64,000 bases of DNA from Phoronis australis (Eukaryota > Animalia > Phoronida): contig NMRA01000260.1 of the NCBI GenBank assembly GCA_002633005.1, positions 397,907 to 461,906 on the forward strand, in the 5' to 3' direction. The notes below the pieces were generated by a model. The model was not told the origin of the DNA, searched no databases, and saw only the letters and a list, made by a program, of their open reading frames with translations. This document shows positions 1 through 11,806 of the stretch, in pieces. A program made the translations under genes and the position numbers. Positions within the stretch are counted from its first letter, which is position 1; the number at the start of each line of letters is the position of its first letter.

Positions 1-1671
1 TAGATAAAAAATATAAGTTACGAAAATACAAAATTATTAACGCGAGATCACATGTAATTCCATTGTCATTATTCTTACATTCTGTCATAAAAGTAAAGCT
101 AAAAGTTTTGAAATTTACATAAACTTCACTGCGTTTTTATGGTCCCAGCATGTGTTGGGGTATATTCATCTTTTCAGGATGTCATTTTCCATGCAGTATT
201 ACAACAAAAAAGGAGACAGTAAATTTGCCAACATTGCCGATCATGAAATGCCATCTGAGAGTGAATAGGATTCATTTCCCATAAAATTTTACAAGAGTAT
301 CTGTCTCAGTTTCATTTTCCAGGTATGGGGTTAATTTTTGCCCCTTTCCAGGCTTTCCACAGTGAGCGGTGACGGGATTTTTCATCTTACATATCAGTTC
401 TAAAATATGTTGTTCTAACTCTTTCACTAACATGTAATTTGTACTTAGGTCTATTTTTTCACATTTGGAATTTTTGATAAATCTTCACAAAACTGACACT
501 GATGACAATGGCAAAGTTGCCACAATACATTGATGGTGTTTTTAAATTCAATCCAACACCAAATCCCATCATTTCAACTATCTCATGGACATCATCATTC
601 ATCCACGTGAAATACTGAACACCAAAAGTGTCCATCTTATATTCTAGAAAATTGCTTGAATATTCTTCCTGGCGTGTTTCCAGGAAATTACACTTCCATC
701 ATGTAAGCCGAACACGCGCTCAAATGATTTAAACTTGCCAAATTAGTCTAAACTTTACACTAAATCACGCTATGTGATAAGGATTCATGTTAATAACAAG
801 AACGTTTTACTTGGCTTCATGGTCCTTGTTATTAAGCATGTCGGAATAATTTTAAATTCATATTACAGAGTGTATAAAGTTATTCCACAAGACTCGTTCA
901 TTTTTGGAAATGCTGAAAGCAAGTCCTGAGACGAATATTTGGAGAATTACACCTTTTTAGTCATTTTGTACCCTAAAATTAAGCCTGGATATACCTATGT
1001 GCAATATGAAAATATGTTTTGAGTTGGACTAAATTAGGCTTGCAAGACAAGATGGAAAGAGAACTGAAGTACTGCTGTTGAAAATAAGGACTGAAAATAA
1101 ACATGTTTTGTAACTACAAACCTTGTTTAGTTTGAGAAACAACATAAATTACTAAAAATCATAAGTGTGACTCCAAACACGAGCCAACAAATCTTTGCTA
1201 AAATACAAACCCATGGGTTTGCCTGTGCTCTTGACACTCAGAAATTTAATTGATAACCTTTCTACATGTCCCCATACAAACTGAATATGTTTTTATGTTA
1301 CAAATGCACTCAATAGGCGAACACGGACAACATTTTCCTACTATAACAATGCTAATTTTCGACATTTCACGACAAATGACTCTAAAGCAGATTTTGCAAT
1401 GAGATGTTTCCATTATTAAACATTCCTATCATAATAAACGAGGCAATAAATGCAAGACAACACTTCGGCCAATGAACGAAATCTCACTTAACCCAGACAA
1501 ACACAAGATTCCCTTATTCACATGTGCAAAAACATATGTAGCCTTTAGTCTATACCCTGCATATTACTCGAATTTCCACACAATTACAAAATAATCAAAA
1601 TACCGTCTTGGAATGCCAGGGTACTTAGGAAGTTGTTTACATGAATACACTTTTCATTTCTATCCTCTTCC

Positions 1672-2546
1672 TCATACCATTGGAATTTCTGGCCAACTGA
1701 TATTTTCTAAATCCACACTTCCGTTCTCATCGACACCATCAAGTGGAAAGTCAGCAAATAGCTTGCTGAAGCTGGTATTGCCTAGACTTGTATTTCGGCT
1801 AGGGCACAATGGCGTTAACCCTTGAAATCCGAAGTCACGCATTGACCCAGTTCCAGGATTCCGTTGATGTTCCGGTGACATGAGCGAGGTTGGGTTAAGA
1901 GAAGTGTTGCCACGACGACAGGGTGTGAGGTTTGCGTCATGCAAGCTCCTCAGTGGGGAAATCTCACAAAGGGATGTGGAGAACTGTGGGCTCCTATCTT
2001 TGACCCTGTAAGGAGTTGAGGTAGCTCGTGATTCAGAAAATTTGGGCGGGGTCAACAGCAGCTGCCGTATTGGTGATGAAAAACCATTTTCAAGACCAGC
2101 GAGAAAGCTATCTGAGAGATTTATCGTGCCTGATGTCGACATGATATCTGTCACAGGAGGTTTTGGATCTAAACTGTCATTTCGCGTTTTGTTCACCGCC
2201 TTGCGCTGGCGCCTACGGCCTTTCAATTTTTTCCTTGAGGGTTGTAACAATGGCTGTGTAACACTGTTATGGCTGCCTACGACTGACTTTTCAGAAACCT
2301 GTGATTCGAATCCTGAGTCGTGGCTTGGAGACTCAGTGCCTGATGAGCTGAGACCAACGCAAAAGCCACTGGATGAAAGTTGTTCAGAGAAGTGACCAGC
2401 ACTCAAACTGGCATTCAGCCATGCTTGACTGATAAGCTGTGATCCATCGCAGACGCTCACGCGCGGGGCGATCTTCACGTGTTTCTTGGTCCCAGCAGGT
2501 GTTCGCAAGTCACAGGACCTTTTCAGACTGGATGGAATGTGCTTTT
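1672..2546 (-). CDS. FOXM1: FOXM1 last coding exon (S/TP-rich region and C-terminal transactivation domain)
   Basis: Acceptor ttctag|AA at 2547/2546; contains ORF 1672..2508; many CDK-type S/TP sites (TPPK, STPYR, SPLR, TPCR). Confidence 0.9.
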
Positions 2547-5500
2547 CTAGAACAGCAATAAGGAATGGCTTTAGCCACCATTCAAAGATTTAATCATCAT
2601 TATCATGCACGCACCCAGCCTAAAAATGGGGGGTTCAACTTTTTGAGAATGTGGAAAGTTTGCTTAGATTCAAGGGGTACGCTATGAATTCGCCAAATTT
2701 TGGTAGTTCCTGAATTGTTAGTGGACGTTTGTCTCGTTTTTTATACTTTTTTCAGTTTTAGTTTCTTGGAGGTGAACCTTTTTGCCTACTTTGCCGAATG
2801 GGGGGCTTGAACGAGCCCCCCGCATGGTTATCATTTATAATCATTGTCAACTTATTATAAACCTTACATTAAGGTCAAATACTGTTGACGCTTACATGAG
2901 GGGAGACATTAATTTTGTTTTGACAAAAAAATCGAAGAAGATATATGTATCTTGTGTCTGGAGTCATACTAACAGCCAACATTGGACAGAATGCCTCCCA
3001 AGCTAGTACCTCACAAATATGTCGAAGTCTACTAAGATCACACAAGGTTTCCCATTGGGCATTTGTCCACCTTATAAACTGGTATACTTACAGTACTTCT
3101 AAGTAACTCATCCTTGGAAGTAAGCTTGACATAGTTCAGTTTTCATCAAAAAATAACCCTAATCAGCATCTGATTCAGTAGAATGCTAAAGAAAACACCT
3201 ATGTTTGTGGTCTCATACACTCAATACACTCACCAGTATTTGTGGCAGACGTTGACTGTAGCAACTGTATGGTCTGTAATGGTACAATCGTCCAGTCGCT
3301 GTTGCCAGGGGCTAAATGACACAAACAGACAGAGAAATGGAGAGTTCAAAGAGTAAACAAATGATTGCTTGTTAATACAAGAGCAACGCAGAGCATTGAA
3401 ATGTGCCCACAATTGCACCGTATACGGTATCCTTCTAGGGTTGCTTATTGGTACCATAAAGTGGCCAGTAGAGGGCATATATGTAGTATGTTGTACTTTG
3501 CAAAATGGAAAGGCATGGTCATTGTCTCCTCAATAGGCTAGGGGCAAAATGTGAGTGATCTTCATAATACAAGCACATCCTATACATCAGTTGCTTAAAG
3601 CACCACAAACACATAGAATTAAAAACAAATTTACCACCATAAATTTAGTAAAGATCCTGCAAACTGTTTGGGAGATACAGCCATGGGTGCAAAAAGAAAC
3701 TGCCACTAGGAAGCGCCACAGTAATCAAAGTCATGGGAAATTCAGCGTCAACCGTCCTCTTCATAGTAAGAACATACATGCCCAATTTTCACAATCATAC
3801 TTAGAGCGGTTTGGTTGATAGAGGGGTGGACGCCAAAAAACAGACTCAAAAACAGTAAAAATGGCTACTGCGTGTCGCAAACTAGGTCGAATCCATCCGA
3901 AAATGGGAGGATAGCATCATCGCACTAATAGGTGCCTACATACCACATTTCATGAAAATCCGTTAAGGACTTTTGAAGACACAAAGGTAAGCTTAAAAAA
4001 CTAAAATTGCCACTAGGGGGCACATCGGTAATCGGATCCGTCCAAAAGTCGTCATCTTCCATTGTGAACATCATATAAATACACTTACACAATTTCATAA
4101 AGATCCTGAGAAAGGTTTAGGAGATACAGCCATAGGCGCAAAAAAAACAAAACAGCCACTAGGAGGCGCCACAGTAGTCAAAATCGTCGGAAAATCATCG
4201 TCAACCGTCCTCTACATAGTAAGCATATACATGCCAATTTTCACAATCATCCTTTGAGCGGTTTGGTTGATAGAGGGGTGGACGCACAAAAACAGACTCG
4301 AAAACACTAAAAATGGCCACTAGGTGGCGCAAACTATGTCGAATCCATCTGAAAACAGGAGGATAGCGTCATCTCACTAATACGTGCCTACATACTAAAT
4401 TTCATGAAAATCCGTTCAGGGCTTTTGAAGATACAAAGGTAAGCGTAAAAACCTAAAATTGCCACTAGGGGGCACACCGGTAGTCGGATCCGTCCAAAAG
4501 TTCGCACATGCCGTCCCATTCATGAATGGAACATATGTGCCAAATTTCATGAATGTATGTCAAAGGGTTTTGGAGATAGAGCAGCGGACGCCGGACGGAC
4601 GCCGCCCGTACGGACGGACGGACGGAGATGACGGCATAATGCGTCCACATATAAATATGTGGGCGCATAAAAATCAAGAAAACGAATACACTTTTGTTGA
4701 AGAAGGTAAAGGAAAATGCAGTTATAAGCATCACTTTCTTCTACAAGCGTTTTGTAACCATCAGACTAGAATGTTATATGTTATTACTGAAAGTGGCCTC
4801 CTGAAAAAACAATTGACATGAAGATTCAACATTCTCATCCATAGACATCCTCTTTGACAAGAAAAAATTGTTTCAATCTGATAACTTTTAAATTTTCCAC
4901 AAATGGCTTACCAGCTATGATGCCAAGGGAAGTGTTGAATGGACTTGCTGTCACTGAGTCAGAGCCAAGGGAGGGCTTTGGAGCTGCAACATGCACAGTA
5001 AGTGAACTGATAACATAAATTTCATGTTAATTTTACAAGGGGATTCTCCCAACGCAGGCTCAAACTTTAGCATTTTTTTACAATAAAGGCAAGAACTTAC
5101 AATTTTGAAGACTGTAAACCTGATGTACTGAGCTCATGCTGACACTGAACTTTTTTTAACGCTTGCATTTTCAGCACTGCCTCAGCGGTTTTCTCCCGAC
5201 ACTTGGTCCGTTTAATCCATTGTAGCATGAAGAGATGTGAAATTATGTTTGTCAAGATGGTTTAGCCGAGCCGAGTAGACAAGAAAGTCTAATTGAGACA
5301 AAGTCTTACAATTATAAATTCTAACACTTTTACAGTAGGTACTGTAAATATCTCCATCAGCATCGAAGCACAACTCAATGGGTCTTTCCAAAATGAAAAG
5401 CACACGCCCTATGGAATGCATCTACTGAGCATGAAATTGACACACTGCCAAAAAACCAATGACAAAGGGCTTTGAATAATTTTTTCACAGCACGTGCTGC

Positions 5501-8500
5501 AGCAGTTGTTTACAATAGAATTGTGAAGCTTATGCAAAATTTCAGGTACCTAGCTCAAGTAAGAAAATATTAGCAAAAGTTCAAGATCTGTTTTCTAGAA
5601 TCACCCTGTATCTCAACCTTAGCAGCGTCACAATACACAATCCTTTGAGGCTATTTTTAATGACAATTAAATCAATGCAGCTCGATATTCAAAGAGATTA
5701 TTTATTTACTGTTGATAATTTAGCAAAGAGAATGACTTTAAGAAACAAAGGTATTAGCGTGCAGGAACTCTGTGCCAACAAGTCAACTCCATTTACCTAT
5801 TTTTGAGCCAGCTCCTTGTTGAACTGTTGGCTTCTTGTACGGGTCCTCCTTGCGTAGGGTCCAGAAGGAGCCTACGAGTCCAGGGGTGCTCACACGCTCC
5901 CGCACAAAGATGTCATACAGTGACAAGTTGTGTCGAATGGAATTCTGCAACAGCAGAGATGGCAAAGCTAAACATACATGTTTAATTTCATCTTGACCGT
6001 CAACAAACATAACAAAGAAACTACACATTCTTGGACCATACACATTCTTGGACCATACACATTCTTGGATCATACACATTCTTGGATCATACACATTCTT
6101 GGACTATACACATTCTTGGACCATACACATTCTTGGATCATACACATTCTTGGACTATACACATTCTTGGACCATACACATTCTTGGACTATACACATTC
6201 TTGGACTATGCATATTCTTGGACCATACACATTCTTGGACTATACACATTCTTGGACCATACACATTCTTGGACCATACACATCTTGCTTATTGCTCATG
6301 TTCAGATCAAAGCCCACCCTGAAAATTTTTAAGTTTACATTTTCATCAAACTCCCGCACTCAGCTTGGAACCCAACCCCAACGTATACGAACAAGACTTC
6401 TCTAGAAGTGCCAGTGTCTATATGAGTGTCGTCACGCATGAATTTTAGCTCCCAAAATGTAGACAACTGACATTCCATTGGGTAACAAACATTCACTTTG
6501 AATGGCAACGTGTCACATTCAAGCATGAAAATACCCACTTATTCTGAAGAAGACATGAAGTGGTTCTTCTGTCTCATGAGCAATTATAATACAATTATGC
6601 TTGTATGCCAAAAATGATGATGACATTTGGAAGACCAAATTGATTGTTCAGGTAAACGCCTTCCCTGACCTCTCAAAAATTTCATGTTTTACTAGCCACA
6701 CTTGACTTACCACCAACCCTTGTGGTATTTCTGATCTAACCCAGACAGGATTGATGTTAACACCACGGTTCACTTAGGACTAGGGTGAAAATATTATCAG
6801 ATGCAGTGACTGAGTGACATCAGACTGACCTTCCAGCCCTGCTTGGCTGTGAATCTGTAATAGGGGAACTTGCCCTCAATCCAGCCATAGATCTCGCGCA
6901 GTGTCATTCGCTTGTCTGGTTTGCTGTTGATGGCCATCTGGATCATAGACATGTAGGAAAATGGCGGACGTTTGTCCCGGCCACACTCACGACTCACCTG
7001 GAACCATTGAATAGAAGTTAGACATTCCGACGTATTATTCTCAAATTGCAATGGGACTGCATGCCACAGGCTGACAAACGTCAGTGTAGACAGGGCCCTT
7101 GATGCCTTGATTTAAAAATCCCACAGAATTCCCCTTATCAGCCCAAAAATTCCTCTCTAATGATTAAAAAATTCCCCTCAAGGTCAGGTGTGATTTCCCC
7201 CCAACCAAAATATTCCCCTCCTTGAAGGTACAGGCACTTTCACTTTTCCCCTGAGGTGAGTGAGGGCCCTGAGGGATGAATGTTTGGAGCATTAAACAAA
7301 ATGTCAATGATAGACTTCGCTCTATGACAAAAAAGGAAGTAACTTTGCTTTGTTGTTGGCACCATCTGTACATTACAGCTGTGCACAAAATAACTTTTGG
7401 TAAAATTTAGAGCTCTTGCAGTAAAGATTTCAAAATTAGGAATTGTTTTTGTCTAAAACTGAAGATTTTTGTACTGCACATAGAATTGTATAAAAAGAAA
7501 GTTAATCAATTACCAAGTGTTCAAAATGGGTTAGAATCTTTTTTTGTTTCAATCAGTCAGGACTGCTGTAACATTGGATTTTAGCAGCTTCAACTTTAAT
7601 AAATAAACATTGCAAGGTTAGGAATATTAAGATGTGTGAAATGAAAGGAAACAATATGATTCACAAATCTGCTATTACCGGTACTAAATTGTTGTTGCCA
7701 TGAATAAAATTTACTTATCATGTGATTAAGAATGAAATGGTCTAAATTTTCTGACCTGAAAGTCAGCAGTAAGCAGATTCGATACAAGAATACAAAGTGG
7801 GAGATGAAGTGATTGTCCTCCTTTATCCACGATTCAGGATTAGTGACATATGACAGAAATACGCAATGCAAAAGAATATCAAGAAGTGCTGTGTATTTTG
7901 TAGGACACTACACAAACACAATTAAATTGTTTTCTAGGCTTCAGTTTAATATATCAAGCTATATGCTGAAGCTTCCAAGTGAGAAACCGTACAGTAATAC
8001 TTTACTGCAAAGTTTCACCACTTTACGACACAACATTGCAAACAAGTGAAATTTCACTTTTTCCTCAAAGTAAAACCAAACAATGCTTTATCATTTTTAA
8101 TTTCTATGAACCATAACTACTGTCAGACAATGTTTTGGGGAACTGTTGACATTCACAACAATGCTAAAAGCATTTGAAAAATGAAAAAAAAATCAATTTT
8201 GGTAATTGCTTTATCCAAAATGGGAAGTTACACAGTAACAGAAACTCACCTTCTCAATCTGCTGCTCACTGACGAAGACCTTGTGATTGATCTGGTTGTT
8301 GTTGCGGACCAGTGTATCGCCCGACATTGTGCCCAGCCATTGGATGTTTGTGAGTGATGTGTTCAGCGAGTCATTAGAGTTCAGCTGGTCACCTACAAAG
8401 GGGGAAGTATCAGAGGAACAGGTAAGAAAGGAGGGACATTGTCAGACAATTGTCCACTCTTGGCTATTTACGTCACAGGACCAAAGTATTTGGGAAAGTG

Positions 8501-9419
8501 TCCACCCAATGTAAATGCAAGCACAGTGTTGTTCCATGATTGAAAAGTTCCAAACCACATTTTGGAAATCTTGAACCAAAAGCTCTGAGCCATGTTTAAA
8601 ATGATAAAGCTATGTTTGAAAAGTTTTGCTTTACATGACAACTGATTGCATGGTGGTTTTTGCATTTAATTTTGTAGTAAAAATGAGTGACAAGGGAACA
8701 TATGTTACTGTAGTTGTTTCTGTGAATTAGACTATAAAAACATAATATGTAATTTGAGCCATGTTTGGACTTTTGCCCAAGACAACCTTCAGAAAGCAAG
8801 AATTTTTAACCATTTTAATGTCGGTGTTAATCTAATCAATTCTGTCTATGAAAAATATAATTTTCATCATCACCAAGTAAGTCATTGTTAGAGATGACTG
8901 CAAGAAGTCCATACCTGAACAGGATGCTTGAAACAACCCCTCTGTTGACAGAATGGTATATCTCTTGTTCACACTACTTGGTGGCAGCACTACATTAAAG
9001 CCTCGAGTCTGTTGTTGAAGGTGATTGTTTACGGCGCTGACAACACCCTCTTTGGACTGATTGTAAGGTGGCGTTGGTTGATTGAGCAGGTGTGAGATCC
9101 GATTTGTATTTGCATGTGGACGGTACTGTAATGTGACTGGTGCTTGACTCTGGTGATCAGAGGTTGTGACTGCATTCATCAGGCCATCTTGAGAAGCCAA
9201 CGAACCCGCATAGCCAGTCTGGTCAGGAATTTTGGTTATTTCAATGACAGTCTCCTTCTTGAGGCTATCGACTGGCAGTGGACGGTTTGACAAGAGATGG
9301 TTGAAAGCAATACTAGTTCTTTTAAATTCGGTTTTACCTTCCATAGATTGTATGTTAATAGGAACTAAATGTTTCTCATCTTCAGTAATATAGCCAACAA
9401 GATGGCCAGCTCCATTCAT
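1672..9419 (-). CDS. FOXM1: Forkhead box protein M1 ortholog, spliced CDS: complement(join(9419..8915, 8392..8250, 6997..6830, 5944..5797, 4983..4912, 3311..3234, 2546..1672)), 1989 nt, 662 aa
   Basis: Forkhead domain RPPFSYMSMIQMAINS...GWK|NSIRHNLSLYDIFVRE...SFWTL spans two exons. The motif LNTSLTNIQWLGTMSGD (exon 8392-8250) resembles human FOXM1 SLSNIQWLRKMSSD, and the C-terminus NTSFSKLFADFPLDGVDE...ENISW resembles human NDSLSKILLDISFPGLDE...DNINW. All introns are GT-AG with matching phases (1,0,0,1,1,1) and the joined frame is open to TGA at 1674-1672. The two small internal exons (72 and 78 nt) are less certain. Confidence 0.92.
3234..3311 (-). CDS. FOXM1: FOXM1 internal exon (78 nt, phase 1-1), APGNSDWTIVPLQTIQLLQSTSATNT
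   Basis: catttag acceptor, G|GTGAGT donor, open frame in the phase-compatible register. Confidence 0.7.
3377..4670 (-). mobile_element. HINE/DINE-1-like non-autonomous Helentron derivative, copy A (FOXM1 intron)
   Basis: Reverse complement of copy B; 5' subTIR hairpin, (CCGT)n microsatellite, internal ~450-bp tandem units, 3' subTIR and stem-loop. Confidence 0.75.
4912..4983 (-). CDS. FOXM1: FOXM1 internal exon (72 nt, phase 1-1), APKPSLGSDSVTASPFNTSLGIIA
   Basis: gttgcag acceptor, G|GTAAGC donor, open frame. Confidence 0.7.
5797..5944 (-). CDS. FOXM1: FOXM1 exon: C-terminal half of forkhead domain (NSIRHNLSL...FWTL)
   Basis: Recognition helix H3 motif; ttgcag acceptor, G|GTAAAT donor. Confidence 0.93.
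6022..6283. repeat. 17-bp minisatellite (~15 copies) in the intron splitting the forkhead domain
   Basis: Unit CACATTCTTGGA(C/T)(C/T)ATA. Confidence 0.95.
6830..6997 (-). CDS. FOXM1: FOXM1 exon: N-terminal half of forkhead domain (RPPFSY...GWK)
   Basis: Forkhead H1/H2 motif; ttccag acceptor, AAG|GTCAGT donor; 56 codons. Confidence 0.92.
8250..8392 (-). CDS. FOXM1: FOXM1 exon containing the SLTNIQWL motif
   Basis: Not in the ORF track; read by hand. tttgtag acceptor, AAG|GTGAGT donor. Confidence 0.88.
8915..9419 (-). CDS. FOXM1: FOXM1 first coding exon (MNGAGH...)
   Basis: Exon acceptor at 9453/9452; in-frame TAG at 9440-9438 upstream of ATG 9419; donor CAG|GTATGG at 8915/8914; phase 1 matches the next exon. 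Confidence 0.75.
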
Positions 9420-10575
9420 TCTACTGGCAGTCAATGTCTAAACCATTCCATTCTACAAAATTAAAATGACAGATCAAAGTTTAACTCTTAATGATGAACA
9501 GTACTTCTATCACTTTTAATCTCAGTAGCATTGGTCACATTTTAGAAGCTTCTTAATTAGCCACAATAAACTTGCAACTAGTATCCATCAAAAATATAAT
9601 TCTTTGAACTTACCACAATAAACCTGCTCTTTACTCAAACTCAAGATGATTCATGGGTTTTGCGTAGAACTGACATTTTATATAACTTGAGATAACGCTC
9701 GATAAGTTGAGATTTCATAGCACGTCATTTTATACACCGAGCATGGTTTCAACCCCTACCAAACTTTCAGGTCATCATTTCTCATGTGAGTTAACAAACG
9801 AGTTGAGACCAATTTTACTTCAGAAAGTGGTTTAAATCAAGTTAGTTTCTTGGGCACTGAAAAGAAAGTTTGTAGCCACTTTAAACACCTTTTTACATGC
9901 ACCAAACAAAAAACAAACTGTTATTGCTTAATGTCATCATTTTCTGGAATACCTGATTGTAACAGCTATTCTAGCTAAGTGAGTCTTACTAGATGGATTT
10001 TTTTTCTCAAAGTGTGTTAGCCTTATGTCATCTACGTCAGTAGCTCACATTTAGTGTTATGTAAGACCCAAGCAAGATGTCCAGATTTGCCTGACTTCCC
10101 TAAAATCAGAGCTTCAATATTAACTGTGGTTAATCACTCACTTAAGCTTTTGTGTTCCGATCAGCTTTGGAGTTATTAGCTGGAAGGATTTTTATATGCA
10201 GGCAATTAGCCTTAAAAAGACTAATTGCCTCCACACTCCACAGGTATAGATCAGACTTCATCTACACATGAAAGGTATATTAACCATATTAACCATAGTA
10301 ACTTGACTTTGATATCCAGAGTTTAAAGTAAAATTTGCAGAAAATGTTCGGCCGCACTGGATTAAGATGAGACACTGACTAACTGCTTGTACAGCCTGTA
10401 CAACACAACTAGGCGATTGATAAATTGCCTAGAGCAGACGGATGGGTAACCTCCCCATTACCTTCGGTAAGTTTCCATTTGACCTGAAACACATTAACTG
10501 TAAATGAGTTAAGTCTTCAATTTCCTTGATGGATTGAAGGACTACTGTTGATTGCTTACTGCAATATTTAGCCAA

Positions 10576-11176
10576 TGTTGTGAAAGTGTTTCCGGTGAAT
10601 CATATATATGAGCCTCTGTTAGCCACATGCTAACGGGCAATTGCCTATTAGCTGAATGGTTAGCACGCTCGCCGGTTAAATCGGGGTCATTGGTTCGATT
10701 CCCCTATTACGACATTTGGCGTAGTTAGCAAACGGATGATATACCGTTGAAGGACTTCATAGAGCATGGGGCCTGAGAAAGAACGCTTGGTGGTAGGGTA
10801 CAGGCATAATGTAAGGTACATGTGCAGGCATGATGTAAGGTGCATGCACAGGCATAATGTAAGGTGCATGTACAGACAGGGTGTAAGGTATGTGTACAGG
10901 CATAATGTAAGGTACGTGCAGGCATGGTGTAAGGTGCATGTACAAGCATAATGTAAGGTACGTGTACAGGCACAATGTATACACCTGGCTGATGGCGCGC
11001 TTGTTGATAGGAAAGGGGGGAATGTTGTGGACGTGCTTCCGGTGAATCATTATGAGCCTCTGTTAGCCACTCGCTAACGGGCAATTGCCTATTAGCTGAA
11101 TGGTTAGCACGCCCCACGGTTAAATCGGGGTCGCTGGTTCGATTCCCGAGATCGGGCAATCTCGGCTATTACGACA
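10576..11176 (+). mobile_element. TRIM (non-autonomous mini LTR retrotransposon) with a tRNA-like sequence in each LTR (Helenus-type)
   Basis: LTRs 10576-10714 and 11023-11176 (TGTTGT...ACGACA); PBS TGGCGTAGTTAGCA from 10717; PPT AGGAAAGGGGGGAA at 11009-11022; A-box TAGCTGAATGG and B-box GGTTCGATTCC in both LTRs; no clear TSD. Confidence 0.82.
10798..10980 (+). repeat. 26-bp tandem repeat (~7 units) inside the TRIM
   Basis: Unit GTACAGGCATAATGTAAGGTACATGT with variants. Confidence 0.9.
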
Positions 11177-11572
11177 CCTCCTTGACTTTGTTTGAGCTGG
11201 ATCATTCTAACTCAACTGCATCAAATGTTGGCAATGGTCGGTTATTCCCTGATTTAGAGAACTATTTTCATCCACAGAATAAAGGGCACGTTATTCAGTG
11301 ATTGCCTGGTTCTCTAAATTACTGGGTTGCCTTGCATCAGTTCAGAACTTCTATGGCATGCCTTCTAAATTCTGCTTTCTGCCTTGTATTGCCATGTCTA
11401 ATGCCGCTTCACGCTTGCCTTGGATTTTGACAGATTCTTGATTGACAGTTTGCTACTTCAGTAGACACTGATTAATAATAAACAGAAGATTGAGAGGTAA
11501 CGCAAATCAAATATTTTACATTTTCCCAAAACGTAAAGTCCTGCAATATTCATTAACAATCACAACACTTAC

Positions 11573-11806
11573 CACTCCGCACACCAATCCTGTTCAAAAT
11601 TCGAACCATTAATATCGACAACCAATCAAATCATAGAAGCATTTCACGTGATGACGAAGGCATTTCTTAAGTCAATGTTGATTTGTCATTTACCAAATGT
11701 TTGACCAATGAAATTGACTTTAACAAACTTTTAGAAAGCTTATTTACTTCCGGTGAAAATTAAATGGCTGTGTTTATCGGATTCCTGTGTTCAGTATTAC
11801 TGTAAA
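11573..11806. promoter_or_regulatory. Candidate FOXM1/RHNO1 bidirectional promoter with two short non-coding first exons
   Basis: Divergent consensus donors: G|GTAAGT on the minus strand (11573/11572) and A|GTAAGT on the plus strand (11806/11807). Between them: CCAAT x3 (11584, 11622, 11705), CHR-like TTTGAA (minus, 11593-11598) and TTCGAA (11600-11605), E-box CACGTG (11645-11650), ETS ACTTCCGGT (11746-11754), YY1-like AAATGGC (11762-11768). TSSs not directly observed. Confidence 0.7.

Noticed and set aside
2042-2395. Plus-strand ORFs over the FOXM1 last exon
   Set aside because: Antisense shadows of a coding exon.
5101-5230. Extra FOXM1 exon (open stretch ending in a GTAAGT donor)
   Set aside because: The only open frame ends in phase 2, incompatible with the phase-1 neighbours, and there is no clear acceptor.
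5978-6405. Several repetitive ORFs (HTHSWTIHILG...) and a CRISPR-like periodicity
   Set aside because: A pure 17-bp minisatellite with no unique spacers in a eukaryotic intron; the ORFs are by-products of the repeat.
10725-11159. Cys/His-rich ORFs (CTCTLHYAC...) resembling metallothionein
   Set aside because: Translations of the 26-bp tandem repeat inside the TRIM.
11085-11160. Possible tRNA-Asn gene
   Set aside because: The anticodon and T stems pair poorly and the sequence is duplicated as part of LTRs; treated as tRNA-derived, not a functional tRNA.
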